From: Mobula hypostoma
Lineage: Eukaryota
Length of the DNA stretch: 64,000 bases
Assembly (NCBI RefSeq): GCF_963921235.1
Contig: NC_086107.1
Location: 104,224,001-104,288,000, forward strand
Direction of reading: 5' to 3'
Position 1 is the stretch's first letter; each line of letters starts with the position of its first letter. This document shows, one piece after another, positions 10,531 through 22,500 of this stretch. Under the pieces are notes generated by a model, which saw only the letters and a program-made list of their open reading frames with translations, searched no databases and had not been told where the DNA came from. Position numbers and translations under genes: made by a program.

Positions 10531-13500
10531 AAGACGAGGTGTGATGAGGTGAAGTTGGAATAGAGTGAAGGTAGGATGAGGTGAAGTTGAGATGGGGTGA
10601 AGATGGATGGGGTGTTGATGAGATGGGGTGCGGGTAAGATGAGGTGAATGTGAGATGGGGTGCAGGTAAGATGAGGAGAATGTGAGATGGTAGAAAGGTG
10701 AGATGGAGTGTAGATGAGATGGGATGAAGGTGAGATGAGGTGTTGGTGAGATGGGGTGAAGATGAGATGGGGATGAAGGTGAGAAGGGTGTAGGTAAGAT
10801 GAGGTGCTGGTGAGATGGGGTGAAGGTGAGATGAGGTGTAGATGAGATGAGGTGCTGGTGAGATGAGGTGCTGGTGAGATGAGGTGTAGATGAGATGAGG
10901 TGCTGGTGAGATGAGGTGAAGGTGAGATGGGGTGTAGATGAGATGAGGTGCGGGTGAGATGGGGTGAAGGTGAGATGGGGTGTAGGTGAGATGAGGTGTA
11001 GGTGAGATGAGGTGCTGGTGAGATAGGATGTTGGTGGGATCGGGTGTAGGTAAGATGAGGTGAATGTGAGATGGGATGAAGGTGGGTTGGGGTGAAGATG
11101 GATGGGGTGTTGATGAGATGGGGTGCAGGTAAGATGAGGTGAATGTGAGCTGGTAGAAAGGTGAGATGGAGTGTAGGTGAGATGGGATGAAGGCAGTTGC
11201 TTATGGAGTAGAGAGGGTGAATAAATGGGATAGGAGTTGAGGATGGGTGGCGTGGTTGGAGAAGGTGAGCTGGTAGTTGATAGGGCAGACAACGCAAAGT
11301 GAGTGATGGTGGGTAGGTGTGGGTAGACAGGATGGGAGTGGGGCTGGCAGGATGGTGTGAGAGGAGCAAGTAAGTGAGCTGATGGGATGGGTTGTAGGGT
11401 GGGATTGGGCTGAGTAAGACAAAAAGAAGATAATGGGAAGGGTAAGGTTAGTCAAACAAAGTTCAGATTCATAGTATATAGTATACTGTATATATGTCTG
11501 GGTGCAGTGAAATTCCTTGCTCATGTGAGCACCCGGAAGGAGCTGTGAAAGAGATTATCAGTGCAGAAATTTGATAGCAGTAGTTGTTAAGAAGGCGTAT
11601 GGTGTGTTGGTCTTCATTAACCATGGGATTGAGTTCAAGAGCTGTGAGGTAATGTTTCAGCTATGTAAGACTTCAGTTAGACCCCACTTGGAGTACTGTG
11701 TTCAGTTCTGGTCACCTCATTACAGGAAGAATGTGGATGCTATAGAGAGAGTGCAGAGGAGATTTAGGTAAGACCAAGGTAACGTGTCTGAACGACTGGC
11801 GTCCTGTCGCACTCACCTCAGTAATAAGCAATGCTTTGAGAGGCTGGTCAAGGATTACATCTGCAGCTTGCTACCACCCACACTGGACCCCCTACAGTTC
11901 ACCTACCGACACAACTGATTGATAGATGACGCAATAGCCACAGCTCTATACACCATCCTTACACATCAGGAGAAGAAGGATGCTTATGTGAGAATGCTGT
12001 TCTTGGTCTACAGTTCATCATTCAACACCGTAATTCCCTCCAGGCTTGACAAGAAGCTCAGAGACCTCGGCCGTCACCCTGCCTCGTGCAGCTGGATTCG
12101 GGACTTCCTGTCAGATCACTGGCAGGTGGTAAGAGTGGGCTCCCTCACCTCTGGCCCTCTGACCCTCAACACAGGTGCCCCTCAGGGCTGTATCCTAAGC
12201 TCCCTCCTTTACTCTCTGTATACCCATGCCTGCTGCCACCCACAGCTCCGATCTGCTAATTAAATTTGATCACGATACTACATTGATTGGCCTTATCTCA
12301 AATAATAATGAGCCCACCTACGGAGAGGAATTCATCACCCTGACACAGTGGTGTCAAGAAAACAACCTCTCCCACAATGTCGCAAAGACAAAGGAGCTGG
12401 TTGTGGACTACTGGAGGGATGGAGACAGGCTAACCCCTATTGACATCAATGGATCTGGGGTTGAGAGGGTGAACAGCTTTAAGTTCCTCGGCATACACAT
12501 CACCGAGGATCTCACGTGGTCTGCACATATCAGCTGAGTGGTGAGAAAAGCACATCAGCGCCTCTTTCACCTCAGACGGTTGAAGAAGTTTGGTATGAGT
12601 CCCAAATCTTAAGGACTTTCTACAGGGGCATAATTGAGAGCATCTTGACTGGCTGCGTCACTGCCTGGTATAGGAACTGTACTTTCCTCAATCGCAGGTC
12701 TCTGCAGAGAGTGGTGCGGACAGCCCAGCGCATCTGTAGATGTGAACTTCCCACTATTCAGGACATTTACAGAGACAGGTGCATAAAAAGGGCCCGAAGG
12801 ATCATTGGGGACTCGAGTCACCCAACCACAAACTGTTCCATCTGCTACCATCCGGAAAACGGTACCGCAGCATTAAAACCAGGACCAACAGGCTCCAGGA
12901 CATCTTCCACCAGGCCATCAGACTAATTAATTCACGCTGATACAATTGTATTTCTATGCTACATTGACTGTCCTGTTGTACATAATATTTATTACAAATG
13001 ACTATAAATTGCACATTGCACATTTAGACAGCGATGTAAAGATTTTTACTCCTCATGTATGTGAAGGATGTAAGAAATAAAGCCAATTCAATATAAGACC
13101 TTAGTTAGACCTGGACTACTGTGTTTAGTTCTGGTCACCTTGTTATAGGAAGGATGTGGATGCTAGAGAGAGAGTGCAGAGGAGATTTACAAGGATGTTG
13201 CCTGGATTGGAGAGCATGCCTTATGAGAATGGGTTGAGTGAACTTGGCCTTTTTTCCTTGGAGTGACGGAGGATGAAAGGTGACCTGATAGAGGTATATA
13301 AGATGATGAGGAGCATTGATTGTGTGGATAGCCAGAGGCTATTTTCCAGGGCTGAAATGGTTAATATGAGGGGGCATTATTTTAAGGTGCTTGGAAGTAG
13401 GTACAAGAGGGATGTCAGAGGTAAGTTTTTCACACAGAGTGGTGGGTGCATGGAATGCACTGCCAGTGGAGGTGGTAGAGGCGGATACAATGGGGTTTTT

Positions 13501-16500
13501 TAGGAGACGCTTAGATAGGTACTTTGAGTTTAGTAAAATAGAGGGCTATGCGGTAGGGAAATTCTAGGCAGTTTCTAGAGTAGGTTTTATGTGGGCCGAG
13601 GGGCCTGTAATGTGCCGTAGATTTTCTATGTTCTATGTTCAAAGAAGCTATTCTTGAATCTGGTCATCTGAGTTTTCAACGTTGCTGTAAATCAAAGGGA
13701 ATAGCCAGGATGGCAGACATTCTTGATGATATTGTTAACCTTCCTAAAGCAAGTTAATTAGCGATAATACTCTGAAGGAGGATTTTCTGTAGTGTGTATG
13801 CAATGCTTATTTAGACCAATACATTGCGAAACAGACCAGGGAAGAGAAAATCATAGACTAGGTATAGTACAACAATAAATAAATAATCAACAATCTTGTT
13901 GAGCATGGTTCTCAAAATGGAGAGTGAAAAGAGAATCAGAGGCTATATTCCTGGATCTGAAAAAAGGAAACAAACACCAAGAGGATGAGGTGTGAATTGC
14001 CTATAATTGGAAAATTTTACTGAATGGTCAGTGGTGGAAAAATTATATGTGCATGACTTAAAATTATTATTTATTTGTGTTTAGCACACAGTAATTCAGA
14101 AAAGAAGACTCAGCCATGACTTCTGAAGGAAATTAGTGATCCAAAGAGAAGGCATATAAAATTGCCAGATAAAAAGGCCTGAAAACTGGGAGCAATTTAG
14201 AATTCAGCAAAGGAGGACATGAAAATAGATATAGAGGGGGAATTGGAGTGTGAGAGTAAGTTTCCAGGGAATATAAAAGAAACTGATAATAAAACCTTCC
14301 ATAATATGTGAAGAGAAAAAAGTTATTGAAATTACATGTAAGTACATGTAAGTTCCCTACAATTAAAATATAGCTGGGAACAAAATTAATTATTAAATGT
14401 ACAAGGAGGGATCTTATGGTACAGTGTTATAAAACTTCGGTTAGGCCACAGCTGGAGTACAGCATGCATTTCTTATCAATATGATGTGATTGCTTTGGAG
14501 ACGTTACAGAGGAGCTTCACTAGGGTGCTGCCTGGGGTAGAGTGTTTCATTTATGAGGTGAGATTACTTTGGCTGAGTTTGTATTACTTTGAATGAAGAA
14601 GTTGAGGGGAGACCTTGAATTGTTATGCGAAATAGTGAGGGGCATGGACAAGATAGATAGATACTTTTCTCCATAAAAGAGAGGCCAAAACTTGGAGGAC
14701 ATGCATTTAAAGAAAAGAATAAGAGATTTAGAGGGAATTACATGAAGTTTTTTTTATCATTCAAATGGTGGTTAGATTCTGGCATGACTACCTGAAGGCC
14801 TAGTGAAAGGAAAAATTACGAGGTATCTCAGAATCAGGTTTATTATCACTGGCATGTGTCGTGAAATTTGTTAACAGCAGCAGCAGTTCAATGCAATACA
14901 TAATAAAGAAGAGGGGAAAAAAAATCATCATAATAAATAAATAATATAATCAATTACAGTATATGTATATTGAATAGATTAAAAATTGTGCAAAAAACAG
15001 AAATAATATATATTATAACGGTGAGGTGGTGTTCAAGGGTTCAATATCCATTTAGGAATCAGATGGCAGAGGGGAAGAAGCTGTTTCTGAATCGCTCAGT
15101 GTGTGCCTTCAGAATTCTGTACCTCTTACCTGATGGTAACAGTGAGAAAAGAGCATGTCCTGGGTGCTGGAAGTTTTTAATAATGGACACTGCCTTTCTG
15201 AGACACTGCTCGTTGAAGATGTCCTGGGTAATTTTTAGGCTAGTACCCAAGATGGAGCTGACTAAATTTACAACTCTCTGCAGCTTCTTTAGGTCCTGTG
15301 CAGTAGCAACCCCCACCCCATACCAGACAATGATGCAGCCTGTCAGAATTCTCTCCACGGTACATCTATACAAGTTTTTGAGTGTATTTGTTGACATACC
15401 AAATCTCTTCAAACTCCTAATGAAGTATAGTTGCTGTCTTGCCTTCTTTATAACTGCATCGATATGTTAGGACCAGATTAGATCCTCAGAGATCTTGACA
15501 CCCAATAACTTGAAGCTGCTCACTTTCTCCACTTCTGATCCCTCTATGAGGATTGGTGTGTGTTCCTTCGTCTTACCCTTTCTGAAGTCCACAATCAGCT
15601 CTTTTGTCTTACTGCTGTTGAATGCCAGGTTGTTGCTGCAACACCACTCTACTAGTTAGCATATCTTGCTCCTGAATGCCCTCTTGTCACCATCTGAGAT
15701 TCTACTAACAATTGTTGTATCATCAGCAAATTTATAGAAGGTGTTTGAGTGATGCCTACCACACAGTCATGGGTATAGAGAGAGTAGAGCAGGTGGGCTA
15801 AGCACGCACCCCTAAGGTGCACCAGTGTTGATCGTCAGCAAGGAGGAGATGTTATCACCAATGCACACAGATTGTGGTTTTCCGCTTAGGAAGTTGAGAA
15901 TCCAATTTCAGAGGGAGGTTCAGAGGCCCAGGTTCTGTAACTTCTCAATCAGGATTAACAGTTCAATCTGGATGAACACTTGCTAAGGGAAAGAAGGCTA
16001 CAGTCCAGAGATGATAAATTGGATTAGTGTAGATGGATAGCTGATGGTTGGGCTGGATCTGGTGGACCAAAGGGTCCTTCTATGGTGTGTGATTCTAGGA
16101 ACATGGAGAGAAGGCAGGGACAGTGTACTGAAATGGATAATCTGCTATAACTACATTGAATGGTGTAGCAGGGCCCAAAGGCCCACTCTTGCTCCTATTT
16201 TTACATTTCTGTGTGAGGCATGGGTGGCTGGGGTAGGTGAGTTATGTGTGGGTTAAGGGTAAACTGGATGTGTAAGATGAGGTAGTTGAAGTGAATGGTG
16301 TTGAGTGCAGGTGAGTTGGAGGATGGATGGGCCAGGTTAGACAATAGACAATAGGTGCAGGAGTAGGCCATTCGGCCCTTCGAGCCAGCACCGCCATTCA
16401 CTGTGATCATGGCTGACCATCCACAATCAGTATCCAGTTCCTGCCTTATCCCCATAACCTTTGATTCCGCTATCTTTAAGAGCTCTATCCATCTCTTTTT

Positions 16501-19500
16501 TGAAAGCATCCAGAGACTTGGCCTCCACAACCTTCTCAGGCAGAGCATTCCATATATCCACCACTCTCTGGGTGAAAAAGTTTTTCCTCAACTCCGTTCT
16601 AAATGGCCTACCCCAATTCTTAAACTGTGGCCTCTGGTTCTGGACTCACCCATCAGTGGGAACATGCTTCCTGCCTGCAGCGTGTCCAATCCCTTAGTAA
16701 TCTTATATGTTTCAATAAGATCCCCTATCAGCCTTCTAAATTCCAGAGTATACAAGCCCAGTCGCTCCAATCTTTCGACATATGACAGTCCCGCCATCCT
16801 GGGAATTAACCTTGTGAACCTATGCCTCTCGATAGCAAGAATGTCCTTCCTCGAATTTGGAGACCAAATCTGCACACAGTACTCCAGGTGTGGTCTCACC
16901 AGGGCCCTGTACAGCTGCAGAAGGACCTCTTTGCTCTTATACTCAATTCCCTTTGTTATGAAGGCCAGCACGCCATTAGCTTTCTTCACTGCCTGCTGTA
17001 CTTGCATGCTTGCTTTCAGTGACTGATGTACAAGAACATCTAGACCTCGTTGTGCTTTCCCTTTTCCTAACTTGACTCCATTTAGATAATAATCTGCCCT
17101 CCCGTTCTTACCACCAAAGTGGATAACCTCACATTTATCCACATTAAACTGCATCTGCCATGCATCTGCCCACTCACCCAGCCTGTCCAAGTCACCCTGT
17201 ATTCTCATAACATCCTCCTCACATTTCACACTGCCACCCACCAGAGGGTGTAATGAAAACGGATGGGCTAGATCAGAGGGCCAGTGAAGGTGGGTGGGTA
17301 GATGGGCAGGGTCTTTGGGTGGAGTGAAGGTGGATGGGTGGATGAGAAGTTAGTGGTGGGGTGGATCGGATGGGTGGTTAGGTGAGATGAGGGTGAATGG
17401 GGGTGGGTGAAGTGAGGTTGACAGAAGAATGTGATGGGTGAGGTGATAGTGGGTGGGATGAATGGTCAGTAAGGCAAGCTAAGAGGGGAAGAAGTGAGGA
17501 GTTGAAATCAAGGTAGTGGTTTAGGATGGTGGGTTTTGACCACCATTTTGGGAATTCAAAAGGTGGATAAGGTGAGGGTCAGTTGGTTGAAGCTGGTGAA
17601 GGGCAGGTAATGGAAGGGTTGGAACTACTGTCTTAGGTAGTAGAGAGGGAGTGTGGGTGAAAGGATGGTGCATCATGTCAGTGAGTGTAGAAATGGTCTA
17701 GAGTATGTTATGTGGCTGGATTGGAATAGTGGGCGAGTGATTTGGGGTTAGAGGGGTGTGTATGGATGGGACACAGTTCAGTGAGTGATGGAAGGATGTG
17801 AGAATCTTTTGCTGAGTATGAGTGAAAGTGTTGAAATGGAAATTGTAGCAATTCAGAGATGATTGTTTTCAAAGTTAAAGTTATGGTAAATCTCTGGTAG
17901 TTCAGTATCCTTTGGACTTCAGTGATTCTGGATTGGCAGATATTTAGATGATTGTATGTTATCCTATTAATCCACCAGCACACTTTTGACTCCCCTTTTT
18001 TTTAAAATGTCACGCAATATTTACAATTTTTTTTTTAGTGAACAAGTTCTATTTGAGGAGAATGTAGGAAAAGGGGCCCAGATGAATTTCAAGGGAGCTT
18101 GAGAATGAGCATGAGAATATGGTCTGTGTTTAAAGGACTACTATAAGCTAGGCCCTGGTGAGCCTTTACGAATGTGGGAACCCAGGGAGTTTAAGAAGAA
18201 GAAGTCATGACAGCATTTTCTTTACCAGGCTTTTTTATTTTTATGAGGCTGAGTTGCTAGCTCGACGCTCAACCCAGCACAGATGGAAAGTGTGCAAGGG
18301 AGCCGCTGGATTCGAACTCTGGAGCCTTCGCTCTGAAGTCCAGCGCTGATGCCACTACGCCACCAGCTGGCTAGGGAGTTTAAGCAACACAGGAAATATC
18401 ATCTAGTGAAGATCAAGATTTCCAAATAATTGGATGGCACGTTATCAGAGTTTTACTGCATGTCAAATGCAACTGTGGACCATTTTAGCACCTGGAAAAC
18501 TGTGGATAGAGCTTAAAAGTGTGAGCAGTCCCAATTCTGCCCAAAGTCACAAGACATTCATGGAAATTTAGAAAGTTCTTTTTTTAAAAGAAAGCAGCCT
18601 AATCAACATGCATTCTGCACAGCTGAAGCAGGAAATAAATGTAAACCACAATACAGACTCTAGGTGTACCCTTGTAATAAATAGCCTGGAGGTTCAGGAA
18701 CAAGCATTTCTGACTATAACTCTCATCACTATCTGAAGTTGTACGCCAAAATGTAACTTGTGTTTTGATTTATTGTAGCTTTACAGATTGTAGATATTTT
18801 AAATTTAATACTTCTGTTCAGCATATTAATTAATGTAATTTAGATGTACACTGAGTTACTTTTTGTGTTTGTATGTTAAACACAACCTTAAATCTGACAT
18901 TTATCTGCTGTAACTCCCTATGCAGATACTTACGTTGATTTTATATGTAATATATAGGAGTTTTCTAATTCAGTCATGGAGAAATGGTATCAGGGTAACT
19001 GGAATTCATCAATGCTGCCTGATTATTGTTGGACACTTAAGCGAGACACCTCAGACACTGAGTATAAACAAAAAGCATCAACGAAACATTTTTAGCTTAG
19101 TTGAACTATTGCAAAGCATCAGTACCATTATGCAAATAAATGCATAATCCTCAATAAGTTAATTTCTTGTTTCTTCAAATTCCTACATGATACAAGTAGT
19201 TATATTTGTGTTTAGCTTCAAATGATCTGTCATAAACATAAAGAAACACTTCTGAGGAAGCAACACTTTTGAAAAAAATTGTTGTCCAGTAAAATTGATG
19301 GTTTTTCTTCTGATTTGATCCTCATGAATTCTAGATTAAATACAAGTCTGAAGATTGCTAATATTTGTATGGGTATTTGTGAGGTGGGTGACTATCTTTT
19401 AGAGTCACAAATGGATGCAGCACATAACAGGCCCTTCAGATCATCATGTCCATCCCAACCAAGAAAAACACATTTACACTAATCCTGCATTATCTCCTGT

Positions 19501-22500
19501 TCCCTACATTCTATTAAATCTCCACAGATTCTACCATTTACCTCCATACTGGGAGCAATCTTCAGTGCCCAGGTAACCTACTGGCATGCATGTCTTTGAG
19601 ATGTGGGAGGTAACCGGAGCACCCAGAGGAAACCCACATGGTCACATAGAGAACTTGCAAACTCCACAAGGAAAACACCCGAGGTCAGGATTAAGCTTAG
19701 CTGTGCCACTGTACATTTTTTGAAGCTCTTAAAATTGTTCCGCTGAAGGACTTAGGCTAAAGATAGTTCTTTTTCAGACAACAAAGATTATTAGCGATCT
19801 GGATAGCACGATCCACAAAAAGGAAGAAGGAAAGCAGTCCTTCAGTGACTATTATGGTTTACGGGCAGTTAAGTATTTTGTAGAAAATCAAGTACATACA
19901 AGTGCATTTCTTTTACCACTTGGAATTAAAATATGTTGACTAGGCGCAAGTTTCTTGATATTCCACAGTCACTAATGATAATTGTTTTTTTTTACTTTCA
20001 TTGAGGTGTACAGCAGCATCTCAACTAATGTCTTCTTCACTGCATCCTGAAAGTCGGGCTGGAGGCAGCATCAGCAGCAGTAACAAAAAGATCAGGTATA
20101 ATGAAGGAAGGGTCAATAATATGTTGAAGCAATAATTAAATTCAGAGTGTGTTCATGTATTTGTAGAGTAGAAAATCAGACTAACTACCTGGGTAATGTT
20201 CAGGAGTAAACATGGAACAATATACAGATCTGTATAAAAGCTGCCAGTCAAATTTCAGTTATTTTTCAAACATTGATTCACATTTTTGTTTTACACAGCC
20301 TCATTTGGACTTAAACTTTATAATGAACAAATGTAATCAGATTAATTGGGTCAATTCTTCTGGTCTTTATATATTGTATATGAGGACAGAAGAACATTAT
20401 CTGGGCACTTCGGTAGCACAATGCTATTACAGCTTGGGACATCAGAGTTTGGAGCTCGATTCTGGCACAATCTCTAAAGAGTTCATACATTCTTTCTGTA
20501 ACCGTGTGGGTTCCCTCCCAGAGCCTAAAGATGTATCAGTTATTAGGTTAATAGGTCATTGTAGAATTGTCCTGTGATTAGGCTGGGTTAAATAGGTAGA
20601 TTGCTGCGCAGCGCCATTTGTTGTGCCAGAATGACCTGTCCTGTGCTGTATCTCTAAATAAATAAATGAATAAATGGATGAATGAATAAATGGATAAATG
20701 AATAAATGGATGAATGAATGAATGGATAAGCAAGTAAGTAAGAAGTCCCAACAATGTAAGGGAATTGTATTGCCCATTAAGTTTTCTTCTCCTGGCATGA
20801 TATTCTTCTATTTTAACATTTGAGTTTTTTTTCTTAATGCATCCTATTGAAGATAATTGCTGGCACATATTTGAGTTCACCTGTTCTTCCTTGTGTCTCT
20901 TTCAAATTTGGACTGAGAAAGTTTTTAGCACAATACCCCCCAAAAAAAACTGGATTGCACAGATGAAAACATATTTATGTAGTGTTAACAAATTTTGCCT
21001 ACATTTTCAGTTGAGTTTACACTAGTCTTACAACTTGGCTAAATTGTAGAATGAAGTTCAAAATGATGCCGCTGAGTTTCAGGCAAGAGAAAGCAGGAGG
21101 AAAGTAGTAGAATTTTATCACCTTTGCCACCAACTTTCACCCTGCCCTCAAATTTACCTGGAATATTTTTGACACTTATTTTCTGGATCTTTCTGTCTCT
21201 ATCTCAGAATATAAACTATACAGCGATATTTATCATAAGCCTGCAGACTTCCACGGCTATATTAACTACACCTCCTTCCAACTTGTCTCATGTAAGAGTG
21301 TCATCCTGTTCTCTCAGATCTCCATCTCCATTGCATCTGTTTTCAAGATGAGGATTTCTACTCTGGTACTTCTGATATTCAAGATTCAAGATTGTTTAAT
21401 GTCATTTCCAGTACACAAGTGTAGATAGATAGATATACTTTATTGATCCCGAGGGAAATTGGGTTTCGTTACAGCCACACCAACCAAGAATAGAGCATAA
21501 ATATAGCAATACAAAAACCACAAACAATCAAACAACAAAATGCAAACTATGCCAGATGGAAAATAAGTCCAGGACCAGCCTATTGGCTCAGGGTGTCTGA
21601 GCCTCCACGGGAGGAGCTGCAAGTTCGATGGCCACAGGCAGGAATGACCTCCCGTGCCGCCCAGTGTTGTATCTCAGTGGAATATGGCCGAAGTCCAACA
21701 GCAAAAAGTTCAATATCCGGTCTACAAACACGTTCCTCGATCGTAATATGACCCGGATTGCACCATCTGTTGTTAACCAGAACAGTGAGCACCGAACTCC
21801 TTTACGCTTACTGCTCTCAGTGCACTTCTGGTCAGCCCGAACGGTCTGGAAGCCCTCCATGGAGAAGTTTTGATTGGGTATGTCCTCGTGCAGCCCCGTT
21901 CCAGTGAAACACATAATACTGCACTCCCGAAATGTTCTCTGATGCCTGGCTAGCGCCGTGAACTCATCCATTTTATTACCCACCAAACTCCTCTTCTCCA
22001 TAAGTCTCTGTTGTCTCGACCCAGTCCTCTTTCCTCGCCTTTGTGATCCCCCTCTGCATCCTCTGTGTATTTTCCTCCAGATTTCAGCAGGGGTGTCCGC
22101 TGCTCTGCTCGCTAAACCGGCCGGCATAAGCTCAATCAGTTGGTCCCTGGAATACACAATGCTCCCGCTAATGAGATGTGTCAGAATGTAACTATTTCCA
22201 GTGCTAAAAACCCAAATAAAACTCTCTCTACCAGCATGTTAGAAAGGGTGCAGCTTGGACGTGTTACCGTGCAAAAAAAAATACAAAACATAATGTAAGT
22301 TAAAAAGTAAGAAGAAAAAGTAATAATACTGGTCGGAACGGCTGTAACAGGCTGCATGCACGACCGGCGCGTGCGCACTAAAGGAGAACAAAATAATTGT
22401 TACTCCTGATCCGCTGCGGCACAAAAAAAGCAGAATAAGATAAAAAAGTAATAAAAATACAATATATATAAATACATAAGATAGCTTCTGAAATGTCTTT

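Noticed and set aside
10530..11200. CRISPR-like array
   Set aside because: Degenerate short tandem units with no unique spacers, no cas genes, and a vertebrate context.
9763..11524. Long Pro/Ser/His-rich ORFs (202, 172, 316 and 256 aa)
   Set aside because: Artefacts of low-complexity C/T and G/A repeats that lack stop codons; no domain signal.
18280..18372. tRNA gene (also 8390-8452)
   Set aside because: The Pol III boxes belong to SINE heads with tails and TSDs; no complete cloverleaf or acceptor stem seen.
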